This document shows positions 1 to 9,907 of a stretch of DNA of 64,000 bases, in pieces. The DNA is from a virus (taxonomy: Duplodnaviria; Caudoviricetes), in IMG/VR virus record IMGVR_UViG_3300020049_004561, positions 7,593 through 71,592 of that record; one strand, 5' to 3'. Numbering within the stretch: the stretch's first letter is position 1; each line of letters opens with the position of its first letter. A program made the position numbers and the translations under genes. A model generated the notes under the pieces. That model was not told the DNA's origin. It searched no databases and worked only from the letters and a program-made list of their open reading frames with translations.

Positions 1-737
1 TAGTCTGTGGTCGTCCCGTCTGCCCATGTAACGGTGTAATAGGCGGGAGTCTTCAGCACTTCGATGCGAGGTGGAATCTGACCCACTACAGTGGCCTCCA
101 GAGCGTCCAGATCGCCCTGTAATCGACTGTAAAGGGCTTCCGCAGCATCTACATCAAATGCGAAACCACGAGCCTCCTGACGCTGCACTAGAGCGGCGAA
201 CCGCTTCTCAATGTAGTCCGCAACAGGTGCTGGCTTGTTGATGCGTACGAAGTGCCTGCGAATGTGCTCATTGACGACCACATCTTGTAGACAGTACTCA
301 CCCATTTCCTTGGTATACTCGGTCCAAGGTCCTTTGAAGTCTCCTTTGTGGACATGCAGACGCCTACCCCATGACTCCAAGGAGTGTCCCAGGATGATTT
401 CTTCGATGTCATCATCGTCATCATCGACAACCTGCTTCTTCTTGCCTTTTCCAAGCATATCTGGAAACAGCCGCATAGACCACAGCAGTGTGTCTGTGGT
501 TTTGTTGATGTCTACCTTGAAGCCATAGACCTTATCCAGTGCAGGAAGGTCGAATCCGATGATGTTGTGTCCGTACAACTCATCTGCCGCTGCAATACGG
601 TCTAGTGCAACTTGGATGTTATCTGGTTCGTACAGTTCTGCCTTGCCTGTATCACAGTCAAAGATAGCAATACAATGAACTTTGGTCAGCCCGTCTAGCA
701 GGTCGTTGGCTTCGATATCAAACACAAGGCGAGACAT
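1..737 (-). CDS. DNA polymerase family A (T7 gp5-like), N-terminal 3'-5' exonuclease part; runs off the window edge
   Basis: Hand translation from ATG at 737: MSRLVFDIEANDLLDGLTKVHCI...GHNIIGFDLPAL...GHSLESWGRRL...EYCLQDVVVN, matching ExoI/II/III of T7-type Pol A. Not in the supplied ORF track because it is open at the edge. Confidence 0.9.
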   Translation of the reverse strand, partial: MSRLVFDIEANDLLDGLTKVHCIAIFDCDTGKAELYEPDNIQVALDRIAAADELYGHNIIGFDLPALDKVYGFKVDINKTTDTLLWSMRLFPDMLGKGKKKQVVDDDDDDIEEIILGHSLESWGRRLHVHKGDFKGPWTEYTKEMGEYCLQDVVVNEHIRRHFVRINKPAPVADYIEKRFAALVQRQEARGFAFDVDAAEALYSRLQGDLDALEATVVGQIPPRIEVLKTPAYYTVTWADGTTTD

Positions 738-738
738 G

Positions 739-897
739 CTAAACCTTCTTGGTACGAGTAAGGAACACCTTCAAACTCCTGCCTTCATCTTGAACAGACA
801 GAGTTAGACTTGCATAACCAGCAGGCACAACAAGGACCCTACCAAGGTCAATATCAATGACTTCAAAGCGGGTTATCTGGGAAGTGTCTATGTTCAT
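739..897 (-). CDS. small hypothetical protein
   Basis: ORF 739..972; likely start at ATG 897, an ATGA overlap with the upstream stop. Confidence 0.5.
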   Translation of the reverse strand: MNIDTSQITRFEVIDIDLGRVLVVPAGYASLTLSVQDEGRSLKVFLTRTKKV

Positions 898-1427
898 AGA
901 ACAACTCCCCGGAGCCTCCCCCAGTCTGGTGCTACTGTCGATACCATCTCTTCGATCTTCTGTGATGCCCATGCAATGTCCTGAGTATACAGTTCCTCTG
1001 GTTTCTCGCCAAGAGCAACAAGAAGACGGAACTGCTTGAGTGTCATCGGCATCTCGCCTTTTTCGGCAGCCTCCAACGACGTAAACGCCCGACCATGCCA
1101 GTGCCGTGTCGGCATTTCAGCCAACCCATTTGAAAGGCGTATCTTTACCTTTGATCCGCACCACGCGAACTGAGGTGCGATACGACTCACCTGTTCAAGA
1201 AGGATTTCTCTAAAGGATGTCAGAATCCAGACAAACTGGCCTTCCTCTAATCCAAGAGTATTGGGCAGAGGAGACCGGGATTGGTCATAATAACGGCTGC
1301 GTGCTTCCCACCGGTTGAAACCTTTCTTGCTCTTAGAATCAGCAGGATAGTGCTCACATCCAGTAGTGTACCCACGTGGTGAGTCTAGACAGTCAGTTCC
1401 GCAATGTTCACATTTGAAACTAGACAT
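894..1427 (-). CDS. hypothetical protein with N-terminal CxxC
   Basis: ORF 894..1448; likely start MSSFKCEHCG at 1427, coupled to the upstream stop. Confidence 0.65.
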   Translation of the reverse strand: MSSFKCEHCGTDCLDSPRGYTTGCEHYPADSKSKKGFNRWEARSRYYDQSRSPLPNTLGLEEGQFVWILTSFREILLEQVSRIAPQFAWCGSKVKIRLSNGLAEMPTRHWHGRAFTSLEAAEKGEMPMTLKQFRLLVALGEKPEELYTQDIAWASQKIEEMVSTVAPDWGRLRGVVL

Positions 1428-1617
1428 CGGAGTCCTCACAATCCTCACCGAACAAGACAGTGAACTCTATCTCAATGGTTCCAACATGACAATCAACACA
1501 CTGTAGAACCGACTCAAGGCACGGCGACTGTCCGGGTCCAATAAGCGTCGGTAGTGTTCGCGGTTCCATTTTTCCACCACACATGCAGCACACCATTAGA
1601 ACCATTCCCCTACACAT
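1420..1617 (-). CDS. small zinc-ribbon protein
   Basis: CCMCGG...CVDCH pairs; fills the gap in the operon. Confidence 0.55.
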   Translation of the reverse strand: MCRGMVLMVCCMCGGKMEPRTLPTLIGPGQSPCLESVLQCVDCHVGTIEIEFTVLFGEDCEDSDV

Positions 1618-2078
1618 AAAGCGAGGCCCAACGCATCAACTTCGTCATCGGTGGACAACCCTAGGTCATAACCGAACAAGGCATCAATACTCGCCTTCAT
1701 GTCTTTCTTGTCCGCATTGCCTGAACCTGTAACTTTCTTTTTTAGACTTTTAGGAGCAATGTATGTCGCTGCTTTGTGCTCGGGAACCTCTGTTGAAATC
1801 CTATATTCAAGAACCCCCAGCAATCTTGCCCTATCTAGGATTCCATACCCTTGCGTTGAGAATGGCATACTCTCAATAGCCAGTTTAGCTGGTCGGTACT
1901 CCTTCAACACAGACATAATGTTGTCTGTTATGAAAGCCATACGATCACTGAACTCGCCCTGACCGCGAAAATTATCGATGGTTGTCTTTATCGCCATAGT
2001 CTCGACAATGTATCCCTCCTCATCGATGACAGCGACACCCGTACTAGCAACACTCAAATCCACGCCGATATAGTACAA
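1596..2078 (-). CDS. ruvC: RuvC-like Holliday junction resolvase
   Basis: IGVDLSVASTGVAV, LAIESM, PKSLKKKVTGSGNADKKDM and DDEVDALGLA are the RuvC acidic motifs; GGAG SD before a TTG start. Confidence 0.9.
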   Translation of the reverse strand: MYYIGVDLSVASTGVAVIDEEGYIVETMAIKTTIDNFRGQGEFSDRMAFITDNIMSVLKEYRPAKLAIESMPFSTQGYGILDRARLLGVLEYRISTEVPEHKAATYIAPKSLKKKVTGSGNADKKDMKASIDALFGYDLGLSTDDEVDALGLALCVGEWF

Positions 2079-2087
2079 AACTATCTC

Positions 2088-2357
2088 CTAGTAAAGATCG
2101 AAGTCGTTAGAGGCTTCGTCTGGAACAGACCAGTCATCCTGGTTATGGTCACCGAACGGCATACTCTCTACAACAGTGACCACAGGCTCTCTCTGTTTGT
2201 AGATAAACTCGTATGTCCCTTTGTCAAACTCTAGGCCAAGTTGTGCTTTGCCTTCTTCACACTTGGGTCTAAGCACCTTTACCATGCCCACATACTCGCC
2301 TGTGCGGCGATTGTAGATACGGAGTTCTGTTTCGGGAGCCATGCGAGTAACGAACAC
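2088..2357 (-). CDS. hypothetical protein, weakly CsrA-like
   Basis: MFVTRM...GKAQLGLEFDK...IYKQRE loosely follows the CsrA pattern (MLxLTR...VRLGIEAPK...HREE). Confidence 0.35.
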   Translation of the reverse strand: MFVTRMAPETELRIYNRRTGEYVGMVKVLRPKCEEGKAQLGLEFDKGTYEFIYKQREPVVTVVESMPFGDHNQDDWSVPDEASNDFDLY

Positions 2358-2947
2358 TACAACCTCGGTTCAGCAAAACAATAGAACCAACCAGGACCAC
2401 GATTATCTACTGTAAAGTAGGTCACCTTTAGTCCAGCCTTGTTGATCTCAACCAACCACCACTCATGTGGTCGCACTGTCAAATGTAGAGGTGTTCCTAA
2501 GAGATTAGGACCAAACCCATCAGCAAACAGTGCTATGCCTAAGAACACACCATGCTTGCAGACTGTCCGCATCGCTACCAGTGAGTCCTGTACCTTGTCT
2601 GTCGGGATGTGCTCCATAACATCCGTACAGAACACGACGTGGTGACTCGGTACTTCGTACAGGTCTTCCCAGATACATCCTTGGTAGAGATTGAATCCAG
2701 CATCTACCAACCGACGAGCTAAGCAATTGTCTGCGATGTCGAATCCTGCGACTCGATACCCCATCTGGATCAGTCGCTCGGATGCTTTACCACTGCCGCA
2801 ACCGACATCGAGCACTGTTGAGCAACCATTGAACAAATACTTGATAGGTAATTGTTCGGTAGCCACTACCCCAGGAGAGAATCTGCGGTAGGAGTCATAC
2901 GACCACACCTGTTCGCACTTGGTTTTTTCCTGTTCGGTTAGGTTCAT
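2357..2947 (-). CDS. class I SAM-dependent methyltransferase (not a DNA-MTase type)
   Basis: VLDVGCGSG motif I, GFDI, FCTDVMEHIP. Confidence 0.85.
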   Translation of the reverse strand: MNLTEQEKTKCEQVWSYDSYRRFSPGVVATEQLPIKYLFNGCSTVLDVGCGSGKASERLIQMGYRVAGFDIADNCLARRLVDAGFNLYQGCIWEDLYEVPSHHVVFCTDVMEHIPTDKVQDSLVAMRTVCKHGVFLGIALFADGFGPNLLGTPLHLTVRPHEWWLVEINKAGLKVTYFTVDNRGPGWFYCFAEPRL

Positions 2948-3783
2948 GATTTATCCCGTATGTCATGTAGTCTTCGACGGCACAGATCGATCTGATCTTC
3001 TCGGATGTCAATGTTAATTGACTTCCTCCCGGAAATCTCTGCTGCGTGCATGGTAGTGCCTGAACCGCAGAACGGATCGAGCACTGTCCCACCCATAGGG
3101 CAGAAGGATACCACAAACCGGGAGGCTAGGTCAAGTGGGTATGGGGCTTCGTTCTCGTGGCTTAGAGGATGACCCATTCGCCCTCCTCCGACAATGGTAT
3201 GGATTACGTTTCCGGGGTTCGCCCTTTCGGGCGGCACGTACCCCTTAACAATCTTATCTCCTGACTGGACGGTCTTTGTATGAAACCGTGCAACACGTCG
3301 ACCGTTAGGCATCCTGTGCGACAGGTCGCCGCCCGGATTCCATTTAGGCGGGTGCCCGAATGCACACGGATCGCTCCAAGGAAGTCTGCCCTTAGAAGCA
3401 CACACAACAAACTCGTAATCGTTCCTCCACCAATCAGGGCCTCCAGAACCTGGGATGCCAACTCGATGAAATATTGGAGGCTTGCGAAGCCTGACTCCTG
3501 CACGGTGCAGATCAGCCATCAACAAAGCGGGGGTTGAAGTCCACTGGAACTTCACAGTTCTACCTTCAATAACCCACGCTACTAGACCACGAGATACTCG
3601 TACACATTCCTTGTATATCTCCACGCACCAGTCGACATATTCCTGGCCTCTAAGGTTAAACCCGATGGAATACGATCTCGCATTCTCGTAAGGCGGTGAA
3701 CACATAACAAGATCAACGGAATCTGTTCCGAGATTACGCAGGTAATCCAGGCAACCACCAACATAAAACACATGGTCAGACAT
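2944..3783 (-). CDS. DNA N4-cytosine/N6-adenine methyltransferase (beta class)
   Basis: SVDLVMCSPPY near the N-terminus; HENEAPYP and VLDPFCGSGTT near the C-terminus. Confidence 0.9.
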   Translation of the reverse strand: MSDHVFYVGGCLDYLRNLGTDSVDLVMCSPPYENARSYSIGFNLRGQEYVDWCVEIYKECVRVSRGLVAWVIEGRTVKFQWTSTPALLMADLHRAGVRLRKPPIFHRVGIPGSGGPDWWRNDYEFVVCASKGRLPWSDPCAFGHPPKWNPGGDLSHRMPNGRRVARFHTKTVQSGDKIVKGYVPPERANPGNVIHTIVGGGRMGHPLSHENEAPYPLDLASRFVVSFCPMGGTVLDPFCGSGTTMHAAEISGRKSINIDIREDQIDLCRRRLHDIRDKS

Positions 3784-3791
3784 TGCACCCT

Positions 3792-4718
3792 CTAGCGAGT
3801 AGGACCTGTATACGGAGGATCAGGAACAAATTCCCCCTCGATCTCTTTCCGGTACTGCTTCCAGCCGAGGAAGTTACCAGAACTTCTGGGAGTCTTTACG
3901 GTATATTCTCCCATCAGACCCCCTCCTATAGTATCGTACTGAAGGTAGGGCGTGGCCTGATGCTCTGTAGGGCTGGCATGCTTCGGATCGCTGCCTACCA
4001 ATCGATCATGCAGAGCAAAGTCTTCTGCATAGTCCTTGATCTCATTCTGGCGAACATAGCTCACACGAGCACAGCGAGCCACAGAGACTTTCTTCTGATC
4101 TTCCAAGGACAGGTGCTTATCTTCTTCATAGATCAAGGGAAGGTGCCACTGACCAGTCTGCAACAACTCAGGAATGCTCTCAGATCGAGCCTGTGACATC
4201 ATACGAGCGACAATTTGAATGTGAGGCTCTGCCATGGGATGATCCCGCAGCAGCTCAAAGTGCTTGAAGGATGTGGTGCTAATGATCTCAGTGATGAACA
4301 AGAAGGGCTCAAGGTAGCGGTTAGCTACCTGCTTATGGACACCCCGCTTAGACAGGTACTCAGCAAGGGCGGTCATACCGAAGCGACAGTCTGCAATGTC
4401 GTTTACCAGCAGATGGCGAGTGGCCTCATCCACCTGATTGAATGCCTGCATCCCACCCTGAGCAGCACCAATGTGCAAGGGGATGAACGGAGTTTCAATT
4501 ACGGCTTCGATAAACCGCTCAATTGGCACTGCCCTGCTGCTTGCAGCATTACGAGACATAATGCGGTGTCGGAGCATCTCAGAGTGGATGATTCGTGGGT
4601 AGGTAACCTCCCATGTGGTCAACCTATTACCACAAACATTCACAGAATCAGCCAAGACCTTAGCACTGAACTGTGCCTTGGACTGCTCTTGCATCTCAGT
4701 CAGATGTTGATCGGTCAT
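3792..4718 (-). CDS. thyX: flavin-dependent thymidylate synthase ThyX
   Basis: EMLRHRIMSRNAASSRAVP (RHRxxSxxxxSxR motif); HASPTEHQA. Confidence 0.85.
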   Translation of the reverse strand: MTDQHLTEMQEQSKAQFSAKVLADSVNVCGNRLTTWEVTYPRIIHSEMLRHRIMSRNAASSRAVPIERFIEAVIETPFIPLHIGAAQGGMQAFNQVDEATRHLLVNDIADCRFGMTALAEYLSKRGVHKQVANRYLEPFLFITEIISTTSFKHFELLRDHPMAEPHIQIVARMMSQARSESIPELLQTGQWHLPLIYEEDKHLSLEDQKKVSVARCARVSYVRQNEIKDYAEDFALHDRLVGSDPKHASPTEHQATPYLQYDTIGGGLMGEYTVKTPRSSGNFLGWKQYRKEIEGEFVPDPPYTGPTR

Positions 4719-4719
4719 G

Positions 4720-4989
4720 TTAGTTCCCTTTCAAATCGGGAGTCAGGGTCACTTGGCCGGTATGGTGCAAGAACACTGTCAGGTGTGCTTGTGAGTGCCT
4801 GTTTGCCGAACGGTGGGCCTCCTCTAAGGCCCTACCTTCTTTCGAGTCTCGATCATAGTCCACTACAATCCTGTCACCTTCCTGCCTATTGCACGCCTCT
4901 TTCTTGAGATAGTGCATGTTGAGTGCCCTTTGAATCCGCTGCATGTCCTTAGGGACATCAATTCTGACTTGCCAAGTGTCGATGACCAC
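4720..4989 (-). CDS. hypothetical protein
   Basis: ORF in the operon with a GGGAACT SD-like site downstream for thyX. Confidence 0.55.
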   Translation of the reverse strand: MVIDTWQVRIDVPKDMQRIQRALNMHYLKKEACNRQEGDRIVVDYDRDSKEGRALEEAHRSANRHSQAHLTVFLHHTGQVTLTPDLKGN

Positions 4990-5067
4990 GTTAGTTCCCT
5001 TTCGAGGTGTAAGGTTTCCGCCAAAGTAAGTCTAGGTCCCGCCTGTCGATGGGGATCCAATTGGAGA

Positions 5068-5346
5068 TCACTTCTTCACTGGCGTGAACGTAACTCCATT
5101 TACAGCCACTGTACCTGCAGGCTCCATGCGATACAGTTTGTACGGGGAGAAGTCCGGATTCAGCTCATCAATGCACTCTAAGGCTTCAGATTGAGTCATA
5201 GGCTCAAACGGAATAGCACCATACGAAAAGTCATCGTCCCGATCAAACAGGCCCCACAGGTGTTTGGGCTCCTGCTTTGCGGTTGGCTTCTTTGTTGGGG
5301 CTGCTTTACGAGTAGCAACCGACTTCTGTGCGGCAGATTTTGCCAT
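5068..5346 (-). CDS. hypothetical protein
   Basis: Likely start MAKSAAQK at 5346 after GGAGA; directly downstream of the promoter at 5397-5431. Confidence 0.65.
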   Translation of the reverse strand: MAKSAAQKSVATRKAAPTKKPTAKQEPKHLWGLFDRDDDFSYGAIPFEPMTQSEALECIDELNPDFSPYKLYRMEPAGTVAVNGVTFTPVKK

Positions 5347-5396
5347 GTGTGTCTCCAATGAGAAAAGCCCCGTACCCAGCGGAATGCTGAGTACAG

Positions 5397-5431
5397 GGCA
5401 AATGGTATCATCTTCACACAACAACTGTCAA
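5397..5431 (-). promoter_or_regulatory. sigma70-like promoter TTGACA-N18-TACCAT-TTGCC
   Basis: TGTCAA at 5426-5431 and ATGGTA at 5402-5407 on the + strand. Confidence 0.75.
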
Positions 5432-5438
5432 GTCAGAA

Positions 5439-6965
5439 TCAGGAATTCTTGAATCCCTGCCTCCCGGCATCCGTCGAACCACCGGCAGGATTGGTGCCTT
5501 GGTTGGTTCCTCCCGCCTTTGCGTTACCAGCAGAACTGGTAGCCTTAGCTGCGGCACCGGGATTCTGATTCCCGTAATTGGGATTGATGAAGGCGACCTT
5601 GGAGTCGGCCTCAACCTCTGCCCGTTGCTGTTCAGGATCGAGTCCGAGTTGACGAGAGAACTCAGGAATCGACATTGCCTTAGCCATGACGCCAATGTTG
5701 CACGCCTGTGCAACCTTCAGTTTATCAACTGTAGCGATTGGTGGGTAGTCAATATCGACCACATAGTCCTCGCTCAGTCCGAAATCTTCCAAGAGCCACA
5801 GGAAGTACTTCTCCAGCCTTGCTGCCAGGAAGTTCCGTTCTTCGGCAAGCATCTGGAAGGTAGGGCCTTCGGCAACCATCGCGGTAGCCAAAGAGCCTTC
5901 GGTCGTATTGCAGGAAATCTGCTCGAAGGTAAAGCCAGTGACCTTAGCAACTTCTCGATCAAGCAAGGAGAACAGCGGACCAGCATCACTGAAGTTGTTG
6001 TCAGGATGCGAGAACGTGATCTCCACACCCTTGGTTGTGGTCGCTACTGTTCCAGGACGATACCGCTCCTGTCCTGAGTAGGCATCCACAGGTTCGCTGA
6101 GTTGCGTCTTAGCGGCATCTAGTACGCTACGAGCAGCTCCAGAGCCGCCAGCGACTTTACGAACCATAACAATGGCTGACTGGCGCTCACGCAGAGTCAC
6201 TTCGTTAAGGATCAGCGACCGGTATCGCTGGAGGGCAGACTTACAACCGATTAGACGACTGACGCCTCGCTTTACTGTGGAATCAACATCCAGGGAGATA
6301 TGTAGCATGTCCTCAGGGAGCACTTCCGCATACTTCTCATAACCGTCAGGGTTACCTTGATCGTCAAACTTCTGCTTACACAGAATGTAACCCAGAACCG
6401 TCACCGTGTCATACGGATCGGTGATGATGCCGCCATTTTCGTTGCCGTCCTCGTCACAGACGTTCTCCGGGTCAACAAAGCGATAGTCGTACCCACCATC
6501 AACAGCGGAGTTAGCAATCCGACGAATGAACAACTCGCCGTCTCGATACAAACGACGAGCCATCTCACCAAAGCTCAGATGCAGACTGTTACGTCGGAGT
6601 CTGTTTCTGAGTTTGTTCGTTGCACGCTTAGTGACCTGATTGACAACCTTAACCTCAGGATCACTAGGACGAACAATAACAGTAGCACCGCCGCCAATGG
6701 TATAAATCTTGTACAGATTCAATACACGGGTAGCTGATGGTACGTTGATCGACAACTCACGGAGCTGTTCCCGCAACATTGCAGGATCGGACTTAGTGCC
6801 TGCAGTAACCTGCCGCCATTCAGCAGCATCTGGGTCCTGTAGAATAGGCAAGGCATAGGAATCAGCCACCAAGTACAGATGGTGATCCTGAGCCATCTTA
6901 TTGATGTTCTCTTCGGTCAGGGCCAGTCCTTGAGGCCACTGTTCAGCAATTACAGACTCTGACAT
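5439..6965 (-). CDS. portal protein
   Basis: 508 aa downstream of TerL; RRLYRDGELFIRR, FVDPENV, MLHISLDVDSTVKRGVSRL and MSIPEFSRQLGLDPEQQ are typical portal segments. Confidence 0.8.
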   Translation of the reverse strand: MSESVIAEQWPQGLALTEENINKMAQDHHLYLVADSYALPILQDPDAAEWRQVTAGTKSDPAMLREQLRELSINVPSATRVLNLYKIYTIGGGATVIVRPSDPEVKVVNQVTKRATNKLRNRLRRNSLHLSFGEMARRLYRDGELFIRRIANSAVDGGYDYRFVDPENVCDEDGNENGGIITDPYDTVTVLGYILCKQKFDDQGNPDGYEKYAEVLPEDMLHISLDVDSTVKRGVSRLIGCKSALQRYRSLILNEVTLRERQSAIVMVRKVAGGSGAARSVLDAAKTQLSEPVDAYSGQERYRPGTVATTTKGVEITFSHPDNNFSDAGPLFSLLDREVAKVTGFTFEQISCNTTEGSLATAMVAEGPTFQMLAEERNFLAARLEKYFLWLLEDFGLSEDYVVDIDYPPIATVDKLKVAQACNIGVMAKAMSIPEFSRQLGLDPEQQRAEVEADSKVAFINPNYGNQNPGAAAKATSSAGNAKAGGTNQGTNPAGGSTDAGRQGFKNS

Positions 6966-7747
6966 TATACAATCTCCTTATGAATGAACGGACGGTACAG
7001 AGGCTTCTTAGGCATTGAATCGAAACCAAGTGCTCGGTAGGCTTCTGACCACACCTTCTTGATATCTTCTTGCAGGGAGTTGATTACAACGCACTCGATA
7101 GTCACTGGGACATCGAACTGCCGTGCTCGATTACGCCATGTCGAGATTACTCGTGTAGCCTCCTCATATGCTCGACGATACTCACGACCTTTTTCACAAC
7201 CTACCAGAAAAGATAGATCAGAAAAGCATCCGGAATACTTCATCATCGAATTCTTGAAGTCCGCTCCAGCCTTGTTGCGAGCCTTCAGGGCCTCAGATCG
7301 AGCCTTACCGAGAGGATCGTCCTTACCAAAGAGTTCAGTGACCATCTTATCGTAGGCCGCTTCATCAAAGGTACAGAAAATAGGCAGGCATGCCGTTGCG
7401 GCTTCACGCAGGTACTTGTGAGACATTGCGGTATTGCCCCTTGCTGTGGTCAGTGCATGCTCTGACTTCTTCACAGCAATCTGGAATACGTCTACTGGCT
7501 TCAGAGGAGTCTCTGACGTGCCCACGAGTTCCCGCAGCTTTGCTTTAAGTTCATTGCAGGCAGCTTTAGTAGAGCGAGTGTAAATATCATCTGCTGCAAG
7601 ATAGGCACTATTGGCCTGATTGTACGCCTGCTCTGCAGCATTGCATTCTAGCCAGTAAGGAACAACTGAGAGGTCTTTACTGACATACAGAAATGAGCCG
7701 CGTTTATACGGCGCGTAGTTAAACATCCCACCCCTCGCTTTCAACAT
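6965..7747 (-). CDS. hypothetical helical protein between terminase and portal
   Basis: 260-aa ORF, translationally coupled on both sides. Confidence 0.65.
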   Translation of the reverse strand: MLKARGGMFNYAPYKRGSFLYVSKDLSVVPYWLECNAAEQAYNQANSAYLAADDIYTRSTKAACNELKAKLRELVGTSETPLKPVDVFQIAVKKSEHALTTARGNTAMSHKYLREAATACLPIFCTFDEAAYDKMVTELFGKDDPLGKARSEALKARNKAGADFKNSMMKYSGCFSDLSFLVGCEKGREYRRAYEEATRVISTWRNRARQFDVPVTIECVVINSLQEDIKKVWSEAYRALGFDSMPKKPLYRPFIHKEIV

Positions 7748-9221
7748 AGTCGGTTTCAGCCTCTGCCATCAACCTATCGTTGATGTACTTAATCGCAGCG
7801 GCTACTGTGAATGACCGGTCATCATGCCCGGACTTAGTGTGGTCGAATCGCCACCTGGATGAATTGCCCTTTACCAGCAGTCCTTCCAGTTCAGTTTCGA
7901 GATTGTCGTCGATTCCACGGGGAGTCCATACGTCACCGTTGGCGTCATAAATCTCACCGCAGCCAGGATACCACCTGATCTTACCTTCCATAAGGTACTG
8001 TTGCAGTAGAACTGCACACTGGTGGTTTCCGATGCCTGACTTGAACTCGAACTCCTCAACTGTCTTACCAGCAGCCCGAAGGACTTGGATAGCGTGTGCC
8101 ATCTGATGCCGGTCAAAGATGAAGATCAGTTCTGAATGCTGACCAAACTCTCGATCAATCTCATCCAAGATAGTCAGGACTTCGGAAACAAGAATGGTAT
8201 TGTTGTCCCGTAGGACAGGATCGATAACATCCATTCTGTCGATGATGTACGTCCCATCGTACAGGTGACCGACAGTGATGGCTGTTCGGTCGTTACGCTC
8301 TGCGTAGTCAATACTGACCACATAGGTGGGAACGTGTTCTGTACCGCAGTCGTGCCTGAATAGTGTTGCATCTCTGCACTTCTCTACGAACTGCTTCTCG
8401 ATGAACTTGCCGCTGGATGCGGAGTCCACATTCTCCCATAGACGCAGATACTCCAGGTAAGGAATAGCCAGTCTCTGTGAGTTGAGGTCCTCAGCACTGA
8501 ACCAGGGGGCAGGGCCTTTAGGGATCGATGTGTACCAGAGTGGGTCCTTGATGAACCCTTCTCGCAACTCAATCTGCCAAGAGTCTGTCTTGCAGGCGTT
8601 GCAGCCCACAATAATCATCTTGTTCTTCTTACCGAATGAGGTATAGACTGAAGACCACCAGTTCTCGTCTGACCAGTGGGACCACTCATCAGCAAAGACC
8701 ACATCTGGTGTCTGCCCGAACGAGGATGCAACATCACTAGTGTGGCAAATGAACTGCCCTTTAGTGGTCGGGTTGATTAGCGACTTCTTCTGGACCTCGA
8801 TGTAGTTCCCCATCCAGGGATTAGCATCGATAATCTTTGCAGCTTGCTTTAGAGTCAGTGCTGCCTGATCGAAGTCTTCTGCGACAATCTGACCATCTAG
8901 TCGGTAGTTGCTGAAGATCAGCAGCCACAACAGGTCAAGGGCAATGTCGGATGTCTTAGAGTAACCACGAGAGCGTTGACTATAGAATCTACGTAACTGT
9001 GGTCGCTCTCGGTCGCACGGTGGCTTGTTCTTCTTGAACAAAGGCACCTGAGCAACCCACAGCATACAATCGTTGCGGGCTGCAAAATCCTGAGCCTGAA
9101 TAGGGCTCATAATGTCGCCAAGCCGAGCACGATTGAGATTGGTATCTACAATCGTGTCGGCTCGGAAGGTGTCTGGCGATCTGCGGTAGAGTTCTAGGGT
9201 GAGTCTGTCAGGACTTCCCAT
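7719..9221 (-). CDS. terminase large subunit
   Basis: Walker A-like SRGYSKT, Walker B VFADEW, nuclease SIDYAERNDRTA, C-terminal HDDRSF. Confidence 0.88.
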   Translation of the reverse strand: MGSPDRLTLELYRRSPDTFRADTIVDTNLNRARLGDIMSPIQAQDFAARNDCMLWVAQVPLFKKNKPPCDRERPQLRRFYSQRSRGYSKTSDIALDLLWLLIFSNYRLDGQIVAEDFDQAALTLKQAAKIIDANPWMGNYIEVQKKSLINPTTKGQFICHTSDVASSFGQTPDVVFADEWSHWSDENWWSSVYTSFGKKNKMIIVGCNACKTDSWQIELREGFIKDPLWYTSIPKGPAPWFSAEDLNSQRLAIPYLEYLRLWENVDSASSGKFIEKQFVEKCRDATLFRHDCGTEHVPTYVVSIDYAERNDRTAITVGHLYDGTYIIDRMDVIDPVLRDNNTILVSEVLTILDEIDREFGQHSELIFIFDRHQMAHAIQVLRAAGKTVEEFEFKSGIGNHQCAVLLQQYLMEGKIRWYPGCGEIYDANGDVWTPRGIDDNLETELEGLLVKGNSSRWRFDHTKSGHDDRSFTVAAAIKYINDRLMAEAETDYVESEGWDV

Positions 9222-9907
9222 TACTTCTCCTCTTGTAGTGGATCATCCATGTACATATAGCTGGGATAGCCTAAGCTGCTGTCCTCGACGCCTTCATAGG
9301 CTTCAGGCTCAACAATCACTTCTGGTTCCCCCTGTTCATCGTCCTGTTCCAGTAGGCTGTAATCCCCATTAGAAGCAGCCACGAGGGCTTCGGCTTGCCT
9401 TGGTGTGACTTCTTTGCGGTTGAGTGCCTGTCTGATTTGGGCCTCAGACAACTCATTCAGGTCCTCAATGCCTTCAGGGGTCACATGCAAGATGTTGGTG
9501 GTTGATTTATCGACATTGTTCTGTACAAGCCGCTTAGTCTGACCACCTGAGCCTTGCTTAACTCCCTGTGCCTCTGCCAATGCAGAAGCAGCAGCAAGAG
9601 CCAACTTAATGTCGCCCCGATCAACAGCCAGAGCATATGCCTGCTCAAGCCTGAGCATGTACAGACCACGATTGATGTTGGCGTCGGTCATCAGTCGAGC
9701 ATCGGACTTAGCGATCTCTTTGATAAGACGGCTGATCCACCCTGAGGCAGTCGCTCGACTGATTTTTGGACAATGCTCCTGGATCAGTTTAACAATCGTC
9801 TCACGGCGATAACAGTTTGCTAGTCCGTTGCGAACGATCTCAACAATCCGTTGTCGCTCATCAGCAGTTTCTGAACCTGTATAGTCGTCTTCCTCAGGTT
9901 TTGTCAC
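9221..9907 (-). CDS. putative terminase small subunit
   Basis: Immediately upstream of TerL; N-terminal HTH-like ISRATASGWISRL, helical middle, acidic tail. Confidence 0.5.
   Translation of the reverse strand: MTKPEEDDYTGSETADERQRIVEIVRNGLANCYRRETIVKLIQEHCPKISRATASGWISRLIKEIAKSDARLMTDANINRGLYMLRLEQAYALAVDRGDIKLALAAASALAEAQGVKQGSGGQTKRLVQNNVDKSTTNILHVTPEGIEDLNELSEAQIRQALNRKEVTPRQAEALVAASNGDYSLLEQDDEQGEPEVIVEPEAYEGVEDSSLGYPSYMYMDDPLQEEK

Noticed and set aside
5499-6077. Long antisense ORFs over portal, ThyX, capsid and similar genes (for example 4215-4907, 17576-17953, 31609-32217, 61609-62265)
   Set aside because: Shadow frames of well-supported genes, with no motifs or SD
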